Below, piece by piece: positions 11,961 through 25,760 of a DNA stretch of 64,000 bases. The position numbers and the translations under genes were made by a program. The stretch is from Eledone cirrhosa (Eukaryota). The stretch covers positions 26,226,001-26,290,000 of the forward strand of contig OZ024754.1 of NCBI GenBank assembly GCA_964016885.1, given 5' to 3'. Each line of letters begins with the position of its first letter. The first letter of the stretch is position 1. The notes beneath the pieces were generated by a model, which was not told where the DNA came from, did no database searches, and saw nothing but the letters and a program-made list of their open reading frames with translations.

Positions 11961-12162
11961 TAGTTATGTAATAAACAACATAAGATAATTATTTCATTTA
12001 CCAGTGGTTTCTTGAAAGCAGGCAAAATTTGCTTTCAGTCATCAGAAATCCACTGTCAATAAATACACCAGGATTTTTTCATTCTGATGACTGAAAGAAA
12101 ATTTGGCCTACTTTCAAGAAACCACTGGTAAATGAAATAATTATCTTATGTTGTTTATTACA

Positions 12163-12168
<6 letters not shown>
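11961..12168. mobile_element. Fold-back mini-element with two opposed hammerheads
   Basis: About 86-bp inverted arms. Plus-strand motif 12077-12137: TTTCATT-CTGATGA-ctgaaag..ctttcaa-GAAA-CCACTGG-TA-AATGAAA. Minus-strand copy 11992-12049. Confidence 0.8.
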
Positions 12169-12213
<45 letters not shown>

Positions 12214-12272
12214 CTGCGTCCAGAAATAGCCGTCGAAACGGCTTGAGCTCTGCCGTCGGGGTCGTACTTTTT

Positions 12273-12326
<54 letters not shown>

Positions 12327-12624
12327 ACACCACTAGCTCTCTCTTCATTCTCCTTCTATGTCTCCTTCTCTCTCTCCCCCTCTCTATGTCTCTCTTTCAA
12401 TCTACTCTCTCACAACCACTATCCCCCCCTCTCTCTCTCTCTCTCTGTTTATGAAGATACCCGGAAAAACCCCATATCTCGGGATTTACGCGATTTACGC
12501 GAAACTTGTTTTATTCCATTTGTATTCCCATTTCAGGGACAACTTCCTTTCAAAGTATTTTTCCATTATGCGCGCTTTTGGCTGCATTACATTACAGATT
12601 AGCAAGCAATCGCAGACTTTTAGT

Positions 12625-15092
12625 ATTATATAGATATATTTCTTTATTTGTCACAAGGGCGCACAAGAAAAGGGGACACTACAAAGACACATGCCGGGGA
12701 TTTTACTTACAGTCGTGTAAAAAAAAAATATAAAACAAACAATTATAACAATCGAAATCCCCAATAGGGGGGAGACGCCACAAATGGGTTGTTTAATACC
12801 CCGTCGATAGAACAACCCTCAACTTCAGGAGCGTGTTGTGCAAGTGCTCCCTTCTTCCTTTTGCTCTCTTCTTTAACCTACAGGCTTATAAACAGAGAAG
12901 GCCCAATCACTCGGGCCATTTTAACTTCATTCACCCACCTTTCAGTAAATTTACTGGGGTGCAGTGCCTCTCTCTCCACTCTGATTCTTCTTCTAAAGTG
13001 ATACTTAAAGAAGGGAATCAATTGTTGTTCTGCAGAGAAAGGCATCTGTCCTCAGTCCTCTCAATCTCGTCCACCATATAACCTCTTTCACCATAGCCAC
13101 TGTACAGAGGAAAACCGCCTGTCTTTCGTCTTTGAAAGAGGCTGGCGGTTTGATCCTTACTATGGACTCGGCAGTCAACTGGATTTGTCCCATACGCGAC
13201 AGCAGTTGTTCTGCATAGTTCCACAGGTCGCTTACGCCCGGACAGTGTACAATTGCGTGCAAGACGGTTTCAATGTCCTACTCGCATCTTGGACACGTCC
13301 TCTTGGAAGGATCTCTGCCGGGGTGTCCGTGCCTGTAGATCTTATCTCGAACGGATAGAGCTCCTCGGTAGCACTGACCTCTGGAAGTTGTCCATAGGTC
13401 CCGGTCAGAAAGTCCTACTGAACAGACTGGTGAGCTCGTTGTTTTCGACGCCTAGAGTCTCCCCGAGAACGTCGTCGCACTTGTAAAGTTCTAACCCTCT
13501 ATAGAATGTCGAAGTGGAGTCTCCACTGATTGCTGTGCCCGCTTGACAGAGGACTGTGAGCGCCTGGGTGCATTCAATGTGCCAGGCGCTCATCTTCTTT
13601 GGTCTTCGCTTGACCCAGGACTGCAGCTCCGTCAGCGAGACAAGTTGTGGGAAGGCCTGTCTCACAAACGGTTCCCACACCGGTTGGTCGGTGAAGAATA
13701 CCTGAAGATGCCGTAACCTCAGCGCATGTTTGCGCATCATTAGCCACGGCATGCCCAGCCCTCCATTGGAAGGGTGTTGACAGCATACGGATCTCCTCAC
13801 CAGTGGAGCCTGCTTCTTCCACAGGAACTGGTAGAGTATGCGTTCCATCTTAGTGAGGTATTCACGGTGACAAGGCACGACAGTCAAGCGATAGTAGATG
13901 ACGGACGCTATGAAAGTGTTCGCCACCTCCACTCGACCTTTCAAAGACAGTTTGCACTCTGCCCACTTCTGGGTGAGCGCAAATACCTTGTTCCAGTTTT
14001 TCTCCACCTGGAGGTCTGGACCGAACCAGACCCCGAGTAATTTCACCGGTCCTTCCATCCAGCGTCCGACGACGCTGTCGGACGGCATCGGTTAGCCTCT
14101 CCAGGTTCCGAGTTGCAAACCGACACACTTGTCCGGGTTCAGTTTTGCTCCTGTGAACCTTTCGTATTCCTGTAGTAGGTTGCCGATTCCCTCGATTTCC
14201 AAGGTTTGCGACACCATTACTGTCACGTCATCGGCACAAGCCGAGGCCGCTTTTCGCAGTCCCGGTTCTAAAGGGATGCTCTGCAAAAGCTCCAACTTCC
14301 GCAGTAGTGGCTCTAGAGTCAATATGTACAGAATGGAGGAGAGAGGGCATCCCTGTCGAATGAACGCGTGATTGCGAACGGCTCCGATAGGAAGCCGTTC
14401 ACCTTGACCTTCGAGCAGATGTTGGTGTGCATCGCCTTGATCCAGCCTCTAAAAATGGGACCGAAACCGACCGCCTTGAGCACTGCTTCCAAGTATCGAT
14501 GGTCGACCCTATCGAATGCCTTAGACTGATCTAAATTGATCAGAGCCCCACCGAAGCCGAGTTTACACCCCACCCTCTCTATGATGTATCGCATGAGCTG
14601 GAGATTGTCGTGTATGGACCTGGTAGGGATTGCACACGTTTGCGCTTTCCCTACTAGGTTCTCGACGACAAGCGCCAACCTCGTCGCTAGCACCTTACCC
14701 AAAATCTTTAACTCTGAGTTATGGGCCTGAAATTGTTTATTTCGCCCCCTTGTTCTCGTCTTTCCTGATCAGCGTTACTACGCCCTTGCCTGCAGAACTG
14801 GGAATTGTCCCGTTCTGCTGTCAATTGCAGTAGACGGCTTCGAGGACGCCAGAGAACAAGTCCGGCATTCCTATGTAAAACTCATAGGGTAGACTATCTA
14901 GACCGGGTGATTTACGTTTCCCGCAGCGGCCCAGAGCTTCCCGTATCTCAGTGGCTGTGATGGTCTTTCGCAGAACTCGGCGTCCATGTTCGAGAGACGC
15001 GGCAGGCCGTCGAGGTATGAACCTAAGTCCATTGCCCCGTTCGGTGCAAGGTCGTTCTGCTGAAAGGCCGCGCATATCTGCCTGGGGTCAAG
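12625..15092 (-). mobile_element. 5'-truncated Tx1/L1-clade LINE ORF2 (RT, zinc finger, 3' UTR), degenerate
   Basis: KSPGLD.LPYEFY, LDQSKAFDRVDH, ACADDVT, LSLKGRV, GGLGMP and a CPRC...HAIVHC motif. AATAAAGAAATATATCTAT tail. Confidence 0.9.
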
Positions 15093-15982
15093 TAGCATAG
15101 ATAGATAAACACAGTGTGAAATAAACATACCTACAGTGCAAGCCTGGCTGATTAGTATTAATTAGCGATAGCACTAATACAACGTGATTCAGAATAAAGG
15201 CGTTATATATTTATGTATAATATACATACACAGAGTCAAGGCTCTTGTTTCAGGGAGGTACCAGTGGACAAGTCCCCTCCACTTTTTCAGGTATGGAGAA
15301 CAAACTATCTTTTGTTTTTTGCTTATTTGATATAATAAATTCTTTTTAAGCTTATTTTTTTATATCTGAACTTCATTTGAATACATAAAATTTAATTAGC
15401 GTAAAATTTTTCTTATGTGATAGTGTCGGGGAAAGGCACCATAAGCAATTTATGCTCCTTTAAGAATCAACAAATGTTGGTTTGTCCCCTCCCACCACAT
15501 TTTAAAGGCAAACGAGGCCTCTGCATAGAGTCTCATATACACCTCATCATTCACACACACACGTACATGCACATGATTCAGTCACTCACTCTCTCTCTAT
15601 CGAACACAGCTTATCATTCACTCTCTCTCATACACACATCCTATCATTCGCTCTCTTGCTTCTCCCCCCCTCTCTCATCCACACACTCTATCCTTCACTC
15701 ACTCACTCTTCCTATTCTCTTCACCGTAACAAACAAGCTATATTTGCCAGCCACTTGCTTTAAGAGGCTTCAATGATGTAGCTATTATCTCTAGGAAAGG
15801 CACGATTGCCTCAACATGATATTTTCTATCTTCTATACATATTGATACCTGAAAGAATATTTATTCGCCATAAGCTCAGTTTTTAAAATAGCTTTACGTA
15901 GTTATCTCCCTTTGACCACTACATATGGTTTTCTCTCGCGACTAGTACAAAATACGTTCTTTTATGAAAGGAATATGTAATA

Positions 15983-16330
15983 CAGTGTACCCCTGGCATT
16001 TGCGGTCCCGGTTATTCGCGGAATCCTGAGAACCTAACTAATAATTGTTCGTGGAAACCACCACATATTCGCGGAATCGTAAATATCTTTCGCAATTCTT
16101 TTATGGCTATTTCGTGACAATTTATATATTTTTAACGCTTAATAACAATATACCGCATTTGACAGTCATTGGACGCCATTTCGCATAAGACGTTCCCTCT
16201 TTTTTTAATTTTTAAATTATATTTTACTTTATATTTTGACATTTATAAGCATTTTTAAGGACCATGTCCAATATTCGCAGTTTTTCACGGTGCTCTAGGA
16301 ATGTACCCCTGCGAATACCGGGGACAACTG
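15983..16330. mobile_element. Tc1/mariner (pogo-like) MITE
   Basis: TA|CAGTGTACCCC...GGGGACAACTG|TA; imperfect TIRs with TA TSD. Confidence 0.7.
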
Positions 16331-16439
16331 TATATGATTTTTCCACAAATTGTAACAAAGCTAGGTTTATGTGCACGTGTGTGTGTCGTTTGCTATGTTA
16401 TTTCTGTTTACTTTTTACATATATAATATATATGTTATA

Positions 16440-17400
16440 CACTCCCTCCTGGGTCTGGCTTTGCCATGGCGAGGGGGCTTATGTGATCCGTAAATCCGAG
16501 AGAGTGTTACCGCTCCTGGCAGGGCCACCCTAGATGGGCCGGTCTCCCATGGAGGTTCCAGACCAACGGTGTTCCGCGGCGCGTCGGCTCGCTGCCAAGA
16601 TGGCAGCCCCATCATCCGACTATTTGACAGAGGGCCAACAACTCGCTCAGAAGAACCATGAGCCTGTTATGAAACCGACCAGAAGAAACTGGGACTGCCT
16701 AACATCAGAACGAACCCCTGCTTGCCCCCCTCCCCCCCCGACAAATTGGCTTACGCTACAAAATTTGTGTTGCCACATGGAACGTCCTGTCTCTCCTTCG
16801 CCCCGGAGCAGCCACTCTGCTGTCTCGAGAGCTATACCAGTACAACACCACAATGGCGGGACTCTGCGAGACACACTAGCCTGGCAGCGGGGAATTCATC
16901 GCGGGAGAGCCTAACCTCTTCTGGTATGGCCCTGAGGACCGGACAAGCCCCTGCGGCGTGGCACTGGCCATGCCTAAGCACGTCCGCAAGTCGTTCATCA
17001 GCTGGGACCCGGTGAGTGATTGCTTGCTGTCGACCCGTTTTCTCCATTGGCACGGAAAGATGACTATCGTCGTTGCCTACAGAGGTCACAAAAGACACTG
17101 TCAAAGATGACTATTACGACTATCTCCAACAGGTCTTGGGACAAATGTCACCCTGTGACATCACGATCATCCTGACGGCCGCCAATGCTACCATCTCTTC
17201 TTCTGCCAGGTTCCCTCCAACCGATCCATTGCAGACTCAGCCCATTGAACACAACCTTCACTGATCCATTCCTCTGCCCCTACAACAATCTCTGTATCGC
17301 CGACACCTAGTTTCCCCTCAAACTCATCCATTACTGGACTTGATACAGTCCGGAAGGCTATACTCGGAAGGCAATCGACGATGTCATCATCTCCCGCCGC
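16440..17400 (+). mobile_element. RTE-clade LINE 5' UTR and degenerate AP endonuclease
   Basis: RTE-type leader GGCGAGGGGGCTT; remnants ATWNVLSL, AGLCET, GVALA and KDDYYDYLQ. Confidence 0.75.
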
Positions 17401-17599
17401 TAATTAATTTTTTTTGATAAGGGCCCGTTATTATTGAATGACATGTATGCTGGTGCAAGAAAACTATGGGTGACGGAGAAATTCAGAAAAACATTGGATT
17501 AAACATGTAGAAATGTATAAGAAACATATTATTTCCTAGGACACACAATCTAAGCCCACCAGTGTAATATAACTTTATCTTTAGTGCCCGAACGCGTTG

Positions 17600-18080
17600 A
17601 TCTACACAGCTAGAAATTATTTAGGACTGTTCAGTTGACGTAACTCCTTGCACCTTACAGACAATCAAAGAAGAAGAAAGACCCATCTTCTACCAACCTG
17701 AGAGGACATATGTTTAATTGATCTTTCAAACAACTGTTATCTCTGTTCTATTGTATGGCTTTGGATGTATCTTGGAGAGTTCGCCTGACCAATGAGTGAC
17801 TGTATGGGAACCTTTGTCTCGTATCAGACATAATCAAAGAGCATAGAGTCAGATTCGCAGGGCATTGCTGGAGAGCTAAAGACAAAATTGTTGATGAAAA
17901 TCTTTAATGGGAGCCTACGTTAAGGAAGAGCTAACAGAGGACATCAAGGCGAGACATATATCAAGCAGATTTGTGACGACATAAACTGCAATCCTTCTGA
18001 CCTGCCGAATATGATGAACAATAGAATGGGATGGTGACAGAGGGTCAAGGGAATCAGTGTAAGCAGTGCGACTTATTGAT
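17600..18080 (+). mobile_element. Decayed RTE C-terminal fragment
   Basis: SVLLYG and RFAGHCWR remnants. Confidence 0.55.
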
Positions 18081-20323
18081 TGAAAAACGAATTCATTTTA
18101 ACATTATAAAGATTTCGATTACATGTGTATTTAAGGTATTCAAAAACAGTTTCAGTAATAATGATTGAAGATATATTAATCAAATTCAAGAACTCGTAAA
18201 TTATAAGAAAAAAATCTTCAAGCTTTCTTTATTTTTAGAGCATAGTCCCAGACTTGTCAACTCTCCCCGTCATTATATAAAGTCTCCCCATTTTGCATCA
18301 TTTCTCCTCGTTCTTTTTTCATGGTACTCCCCGTTCAGGTTTTTAGAGGTTGGCAGGTCTGTAGTCCATTTCTTGCAGGTTCATATATGCTACCAACTGT
18401 GTTTATCACTCTTTAACTTTTGGCGGAGAAAACTGGGGCACTGAAATACATCAAAGCAAGGCTTCCTCAAAAAAGTTAAAATAATTTCTTTTGAATTTCT
18501 TCATCACAAAACTGAATCATGTCTTGGAGGAAAATTTTAATATTCTTCCAATTCTTTATTGCAGCGAACATTTTTGCTTTTTCGTTTCATTAAAATTTTT
18601 TCCCTCTAGGGATGTCTTCTTATCATCATTTTACCATTTCCCTAAAGCTAACACTTCAAATGAATTTGAAAACTTTATCAATATACTACAATATTCTTGA
18701 TCATCTTCGGAAGTAGTCATTCAATTATTAATTAGGTTGATTAAATCCATTATACCAACCATCTTTCTTACGAGTCACGACCTTATGACACATGAGTAGA
18801 GGAGAATGAATAAGTTAAGTTTTAGTTTAAAATTCTGTTGGTTGGAGGCGAGGTGGGGGATTGGAATAAAAGCGGGGGTGGTGGGGGTGGGGGTAGAAAC
18901 TATCTGAAAAATTATTAATAAGCGGGGAAGTGGGGGAGGGGGCGATTATTCAAGACTATACATATACATATTTCGCTTCATTTACATCTCTAATGCCCAC
19001 ACCCCAGAAACTCATAAACATCACGCAATCTCATTTTCTTCATTTCGTCAGATAAAACTTGAAGTATTGTACCTCTGAAAGAATTCTGAAATTGAGTTCG
19101 ATAGTGTTTGTGTTGTCCTTGGATCTCTGTCGGTTCACAAAACAGAGGGTTCCAGTTGTTTGATCAACAGAACAGCATGCTCTTGGAATTCATGTGCAAG
19201 TGATGGGCATCCCAGGAACATGCGTACCTTTAACACAGTTCTAGAGGGGATTCAACATGACAAGACTGGCCCTTTAAATGAAAAGTAGAACTCACTTTTT
19301 TTTTGGTCAGTTGAGTGAACGGGGGCAACGTGAAATAAAGACTCTTTCTCAAGAGTACAACCTTACGAGAGTGAGCCAAACACTCTAACCACTACGCCAC
19401 ACACCTTCACATGGTCGTTGCAACTTTTACTTAAATACACGCGACACAACATTGCATATTTGTCCAGGAGGCAGATGGTTATATGAGCATTTAAACAGAT
19501 CATTCATATGTATTTAATGCCAAAGTCTTCCTCGAAAAGCAACCAATGATATATATTATCTTTGCTTGCAATATTCCAGCGAACCGTTCCAGATAAATAT
19601 ACTGTAACACTATTGATTTCTGTGGAATATTTCCCCCTCTATTCACGTCGTCTCTGTTGCAAAGTGTCTACCCTCCAATTTCAATTATTTTTTCTTCTTC
19701 TGCTTCTAGATTTCACCATGCTTCTAATATGGCTTTCTTATGAAATACTGAAATACGATAATAATAATATTAATATAAAACCTATTTTACATCACGGTTG
19801 TCTTTGATTTACGGTCTTTAGGTAAGTCTATTTTCACAGGAGAGCTTCAATTACTTTGAAGAGGAATTACATTGTTGTAAAAAAAAGGTAGTTTCGACAC
19901 CTCGTAGCTGATGCGGTTGCGTCGTGTGTGCATTATTTATATCATATATGTGGTGGTGGTTTGGCAGTATCGATAGAGGGTCGGACAATATGCTTTGTAG
20001 CACAGAGTTACGCCCCTTTCTGATCTGAGTTCAAATCCTGCCGAGGTTAACTTTGCCTTTCATCCTTACGGGGTCGATAAAATAAAGTACCAGTAATGCA
20101 CTGAGTAATTGCTGGCCTTGTGCCAAGAGTAGAAACAATTATTTATATCATATATCAACATAGAGATGAGCGTCGTATGTATGCTTATTTTAAAAGGATA
20201 ACCTCCTTCAAATTCGGTCATCACACAAGCAGGTAATACATACATCAAAAGGCAACCCTCTTAGAGAGACAGTTGAAAGAGAGAGATTAGGAAAACTACA
20301 CACACACACACATCTAAAGAGAG

Positions 20324-20354
<31 letters not shown>

Positions 20355-20588
20355 GGACGGGGCAAGCAGGTAATACATACATCTAAAATCATTTGGATAC
20401 AAATATCATAATATAATGGTTGCAGAACGAAAATACAGACAAATATAATAATATATGTATCCCACACATTTTTTCTGTCGTCGCTTGCATAAGTAACACA
20501 CATATACACACACACACACATACTTTCACACCTGATTTCGCCAATTGCCGGATAACATCAAAACAAAACACACAGACACACACACGCA

Positions 20589-20663
<75 letters not shown>

Positions 20664-20696
20664 CTATACTTTATATGTATGTATGTATGTATGTGT

Positions 20697-21330
20697 CATG
20701 GTCGGGTCGTTGGCGACTAAACTGGCAACCCCACTAAGGTTTCTTGGTGAGGAGGGTGACTTTGGACATCCTGCAGGACTAAAAACAAAACATGTCACAG
20801 GGCAAAGGAGCTCTTAAGAGTCAATGGCCATCCAAAATCACCGGGAGAGATGACCCCTTAGCCTTTGTCAAGGCAGAATTCTAGGAGAAGGAAAATTCTG
20901 ATATAACACCTGCAACCCTGATGGTATCCAATGATGTTGACTTGTTCTTCTTTTTGGTAAATATCATCTTGGTTAAGAGAGTGGGACTGGCTTTGTGCAG
21001 TGCCTTGGCTCACTATAAAAGCTTCACGGCACAGGCATTGCTTTATATCTGGAGATCTCTCTGCACTTGTCGTGACATGGTACCATGGGCCCAGCACTAT
21101 GTGTCAATAATTGTCACAAGTGTAGTGTTTGTACCAGAGTGTTCAAGTCGCTGGCTGGACTAAAAAGTCACACTCATTCAGCGCATCGGTAGGGGTTCTC
21201 CTACATGGATATAAAGTAGTGGCCGTACTCGAAAACGAGTTGGCAGCCACCATGTATGTATGTATGTATGTATGTATGTATGTATGTATGTATGTATGTA
21301 TGTATGTATGTATGTATGCATGTATGTATG
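20697..21330 (+). mobile_element. About 560-bp non-coding retroposon with an (ATGT)n tail
   Basis: Near-identical minus-strand copies at 54490-54947 and 55473-56070. Ends ...GGCAGCCACC-ATGTATGT. Confidence 0.75.
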
Positions 21331-21441
21331 TAAGATCATTCCCCCCTCTCTATAATTTAACTGCTTTACTCTCTCTGTCGCTCTTCACTCTCTATATGAC
21401 AACACTGTTTTAGTTTCCGTATCTCCCTTCAATATATACAC

Positions 21442-21493
<52 letters not shown>

Positions 21494-21494
21494 A

Positions 21495-21694
21495 NNNNNN
21501 NNNNNNNNNNNNNNNNNNNNNNNNNNNNNNNNNNNNNNNNNNNNNNNNNNNNNNNNNNNNNNNNNNNNNNNNNNNNNNNNNNNNNNNNNNNNNNNNNNNN
21601 NNNNNNNNNNNNNNNNNNNNNNNNNNNNNNNNNNNNNNNNNNNNNNNNNNNNNNNNNNNNNNNNNNNNNNNNNNNNNNNNNNNNNNNNNNNNNN
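21495..21694. other. Assembly gap
   Basis: Run of N. Confidence 1.
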
Positions 21695-21707
21695 GACAGT
21701 GTTAGTT

Positions 21708-21777
<70 letters not shown>

Positions 21778-21872
21778 AAGGACAATGTGACACGGGAGGG
21801 TGTGTGTGGTATCTTTGCAGTGGAGTGGTGGGGGGCAGGTATACCTAGCCGGGCGCCAGCCGGACGGCCAGC

Positions 21873-21909
<37 letters not shown>

Positions 21910-22185
21910 GGAAAAATTTGAACAGGAACAAAACAGAGGCAGTACAACGAATGTTTATTAATTTCACGCTCTGGAGAGTGGGGTGGTGGTATAGCGGCGA
22001 TGAATTAGTTTTGCGAGGTTTTTTATATGAAATCGTGTGTCGAAACAAATATTGTTATACTTGGGGAGGGTCATATTTGTGTAATATTGCCAGAATTAAT
22101 AACTGAACACACTCACTGTTTGGTTGGTTTTCGCTTCTCGCTTCTGTATCTTTTATATCGGTATATATATATATATATATACAGT

Positions 22186-22235
22186 GAACTGTACTGATGA
22201 AGGATGAAACCCAGAAACATTAGTGTCTGCAGTTC
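22186..22235 (+). ncRNA. Minimal type-I hammerhead in an about 110-bp island between (TA)n tracts
   Basis: GAACTGTA-CTGATGA-aggatgaaaccca-GAAA-CATTAGTG-TC-TGCAGTTC; GUC cleavage triplet. Confidence 0.8.
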
Positions 22236-22289
22236 TGTTTACATGCCAACACAAGAGGAAGAATGAGGGGCTCATTCTACTGACATGGC

Positions 22290-22338
<49 letters not shown>

Positions 22339-22441
22339 GTTATACTTGGGGAGGGTCATATTTGTGTAATAGTATTGCCAGAATTAACGCTGGGTACTGC
22401 TGCTAGTAATTAATATAATCACCATCACCATCATCTACACT

Positions 22442-25400
22442 ATAAAGTTTAGACTGTCGGAGAAATGGGCCAACGCTGGCTGCCAAATTATTTTCCTGAA
22501 ACGCTGCCTAAAAAACGATGTCATCCCCAACACCATCAAGAACATCCGCTTACCAGTAAGCCTACGTACACCAGCCTCCCAAAACACCACTAACCGCATA
22601 CATCGCACGTGTATTAAACAGATCCTGAGACATCTCAACCTCCAATTACACGTCCATAAGCGGACACTCTCAGAGCGGACACATCGACTGCCAATAGCAC
22701 CCAGAGACTTGCTCCTAAAAATCACTAAAGCAATCGACCAGTGCTACCACACCAGAGTCCAATACAAGAAAAAACGGCTCAAGCGAAAATATGAGTGGAT
22801 CTTGTCGAAACGCCACAACGAGAACATCGACACTAACGAACAGACGGACCAGAACCACGTGGAAAACAACAACTTAACAACCGCCACCGCCGCAACCACC
22901 AACACCGAGCCATACCTCAATGATGCGACGCACCTGGTCACCGACCTAACCGGCACTCTCACGAGCGACGAGCTGAAACTCCTACACCTCGGACCTAAGT
23001 TCATCGTCACACAACGTCTCGACGACAGACTCAAACTCAACATCGAGGCCAACTTTTGTCGAGCCGCTTACCAACTTAAATGGGTGACCGTTATCAACAG
23101 CGCCACAGATAATAACAGCGCAGACACAACCCACCCCAAGTTCCCCACTTACTACCCCGACAACCTACTCCACCCCCCACCCACCAACCACGAACTCGAC
23201 ACTAAACTCATCAGGCTAAAACACTCCATCTCGGATATACTTCACAAACACACACACACACGCACAACACATAACCTCACCAAATCTCAACTCACCACTC
23301 TCTCCAACCTAAAATCGAAGAACCTCATCTATCTCCCCTCCGACAAGGGAAAAGAATTCTGCGTCATCAGCAGAGAGGCCTACAACACCCTGGCCCTCCA
23401 ACACCTTGACGATGACAACCTCTACTCCAAGGTCACGGGAATCACTCCCGCGCTGATAGAAGAACACATCAACTCCGCCTGGACCAACATCTGCGACCGG
23501 CGGAAGCTCCCGAAGAAGCTGAGATACAACCTCCTCACGAGGAACAGCAGACTACCCGCCTTCTACCACCTCGTGAAAACACACAAACAGGGACCCGACC
23601 TGAAAATCAGGCCCATCGTATCGAGCGTGGAGGGACCACTCTACAAAATTTCATGGCTCCTAGCCAGAATACTCAAACCCATCTTAGACACCTTGCCGGG
23701 ACACGTTAACAGCTCCGAGGAAGTGTTGAAGCGCCTGCATCAAATGGATCCCGACACCAGAAGGAATATATGCCTTCAGCCTTGATGTAGTCGCTCTCTA
23801 CACCTCGGTCGCGGCACTCCCGGCCGTCAATATACTAATGGAACGCGTCCAATCCACCGACCTACACTGCTTCGGGCTCACCACCACTGACATCCACCAA
23901 CTTCTATCCATCGTCGTCGACAACACCTACTTCGGATTCCTTGACCAAATATACCAACAAACCTCGGGATTGCCCATGGGATCAAGCCTATCAGGTGTGC
24001 TAGCGATCTCCTACATGGACAACCTCGAACGCAAGGCACTCAACGCCTGCCACCCCAACGCCGTAGCCTTTTTCTCAAGATACGTGGACGATATCCTCAT
24101 CCTCACATCTTCCCAAGACACGGCGAACAGAATCTATGAGACGTTCAACAACACGGACGAGAACATTGACTTCAGTGTTGAACACCCCAACGAAGACGGG
24201 TCACTTGCCCTCCTCGACTTCCAAATCAACATCACGGAACGAGGAGGGATCCACTGCAACTTCTACAGAAAGGCAGCCTGCAGGGACCTATTCGTTCACT
24301 ACAAGTCCGCTCTCCCTAACAGTGCCAAAAGAGGATACATCACGAACGAGATCGCGCGAATCAAAAACAGATGCAGCGATCCCGCGAGTGGTGTCACTCA
24401 TACCAAGCGATTCCTCGAGGTGCTGGAGACGAACGGGTACCCTACCTCGATCACAGACAGAATAGGAGACACCAGACGCAAGAGACAGAGAAGCACCCAA
24501 GGCAAGTGCTTCCTTAAAATGCCACACCTGGGAGAGAAAACCACCAACGCTATCCGCAAGGCTATACGGAGGTAGGGCCTCGAAATCCACCTGACCCACT
24601 CGGGCCCCTCCCTGCGAAGATGCCTCTCCAGGAAACCCGAAAAATCTACTGACGCATGCTCCCTCAGAGACTGCCCGATACGCCATGCTAACTGTTGCCT
24701 ACGCACATACGTCGTGTATAAGATAGAATGTGACAGGTGCAACCAATACTACACAGGTAGCACAATTCGACCTTTGCACATCCGGATCAATGAACACACT
24801 AAAACCAGGGCCTCGTCTTTCCGGAAACACATAGACAAATGCGGAAACAAAGACGGAAGGCCCATTGTCACAATTCTAGCGACTGAAAGAAACGTCGGCA
24901 CGTTACGTATCAAGGAAGCGCTTTTTATCAAACGACTGCAACCGCAAATAAACAACCGATCAGAGAGAAGCGAAATGAAATGGCTGGTTTAAGTTAACAA
25001 GCGATGCAACAACACACAACACACGCACACACACACACACGCAAACGAGACAACTACACACACACACGCACACACACACACAGTAGCTTTCCACCATACG
25101 AACATACTACACTGCCAATACAGATGAACAAGGCAACAACACACACACACACACTCAAGCGAGACAACAACACACGCACACACACACACAGTAACATTTA
25201 ACAAACAGGCAGAGAATGGACTAACAGCTAGTGCCATCCCACTCCCTCATTCGGCCGCTGACCTCTGTACGACCGACCCATTTCACGCGCACGCGCGCTC
25301 TGCCGAATACCCCAGATATTCAAAACAACAAACAGCGAAAGACGCGTTCCGGACTTGTCCGACAGACAACCTTTTCCCCTACCCCGGAAAAAACCCCAGT

Positions 25401-25634
25401 TGATGGATGTGAATCCGAAATATATAAGGACTATTAAATCTCTCCCAAGGTAACTCTCTCTTGTGTTGTTATTTTTATTTTTATCCTTTATACTCTTCCC
25501 TTCATTCTACACATCTTACACATCTTATACACACCACGCATCTAAACGTACACCCACTTACATCTCTCTCTCCACCACCGGACCTTGTTACCCGGAGATT
25601 TACCCATTTGCATTGTCGAGGCTTCCAAACGACT

Positions 25635-25640
<6 letters not shown>
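22442..25640 (+). mobile_element. Near full-length Penelope-like element (RT, GIY-YIG, pLTR)
   Basis: Motifs FLKRC, PSDKG, KTHK, RPIVS, SLDVVALYT, GLPMGS, RYVDD and VVYKIEC..YTGST..RINEH. One frameshift near 23765 and a TAG at 24573. Ends in (TA)n. Confidence 0.93.
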
Positions 25641-25679
<39 letters not shown>

Positions 25680-25760
25680 GAAAATATTCTTACACAAATA
25701 TATATATATATATATATATACTTTATAATGTAGATGATGGTGATGGTGATTGTGATTATA

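Noticed and set aside
16450-16570. HDV-like ribozyme in the RTE 5' UTR (also considered at 55990-56070)
   Set aside because: I could not assemble the P1/P2/P3/P1.1 pairings by eye.
18390-18720. Minus-strand ORF starting MTTSEDDQEY
   Set aside because: Multiple stops; probably a decayed transposase that I cannot assign.
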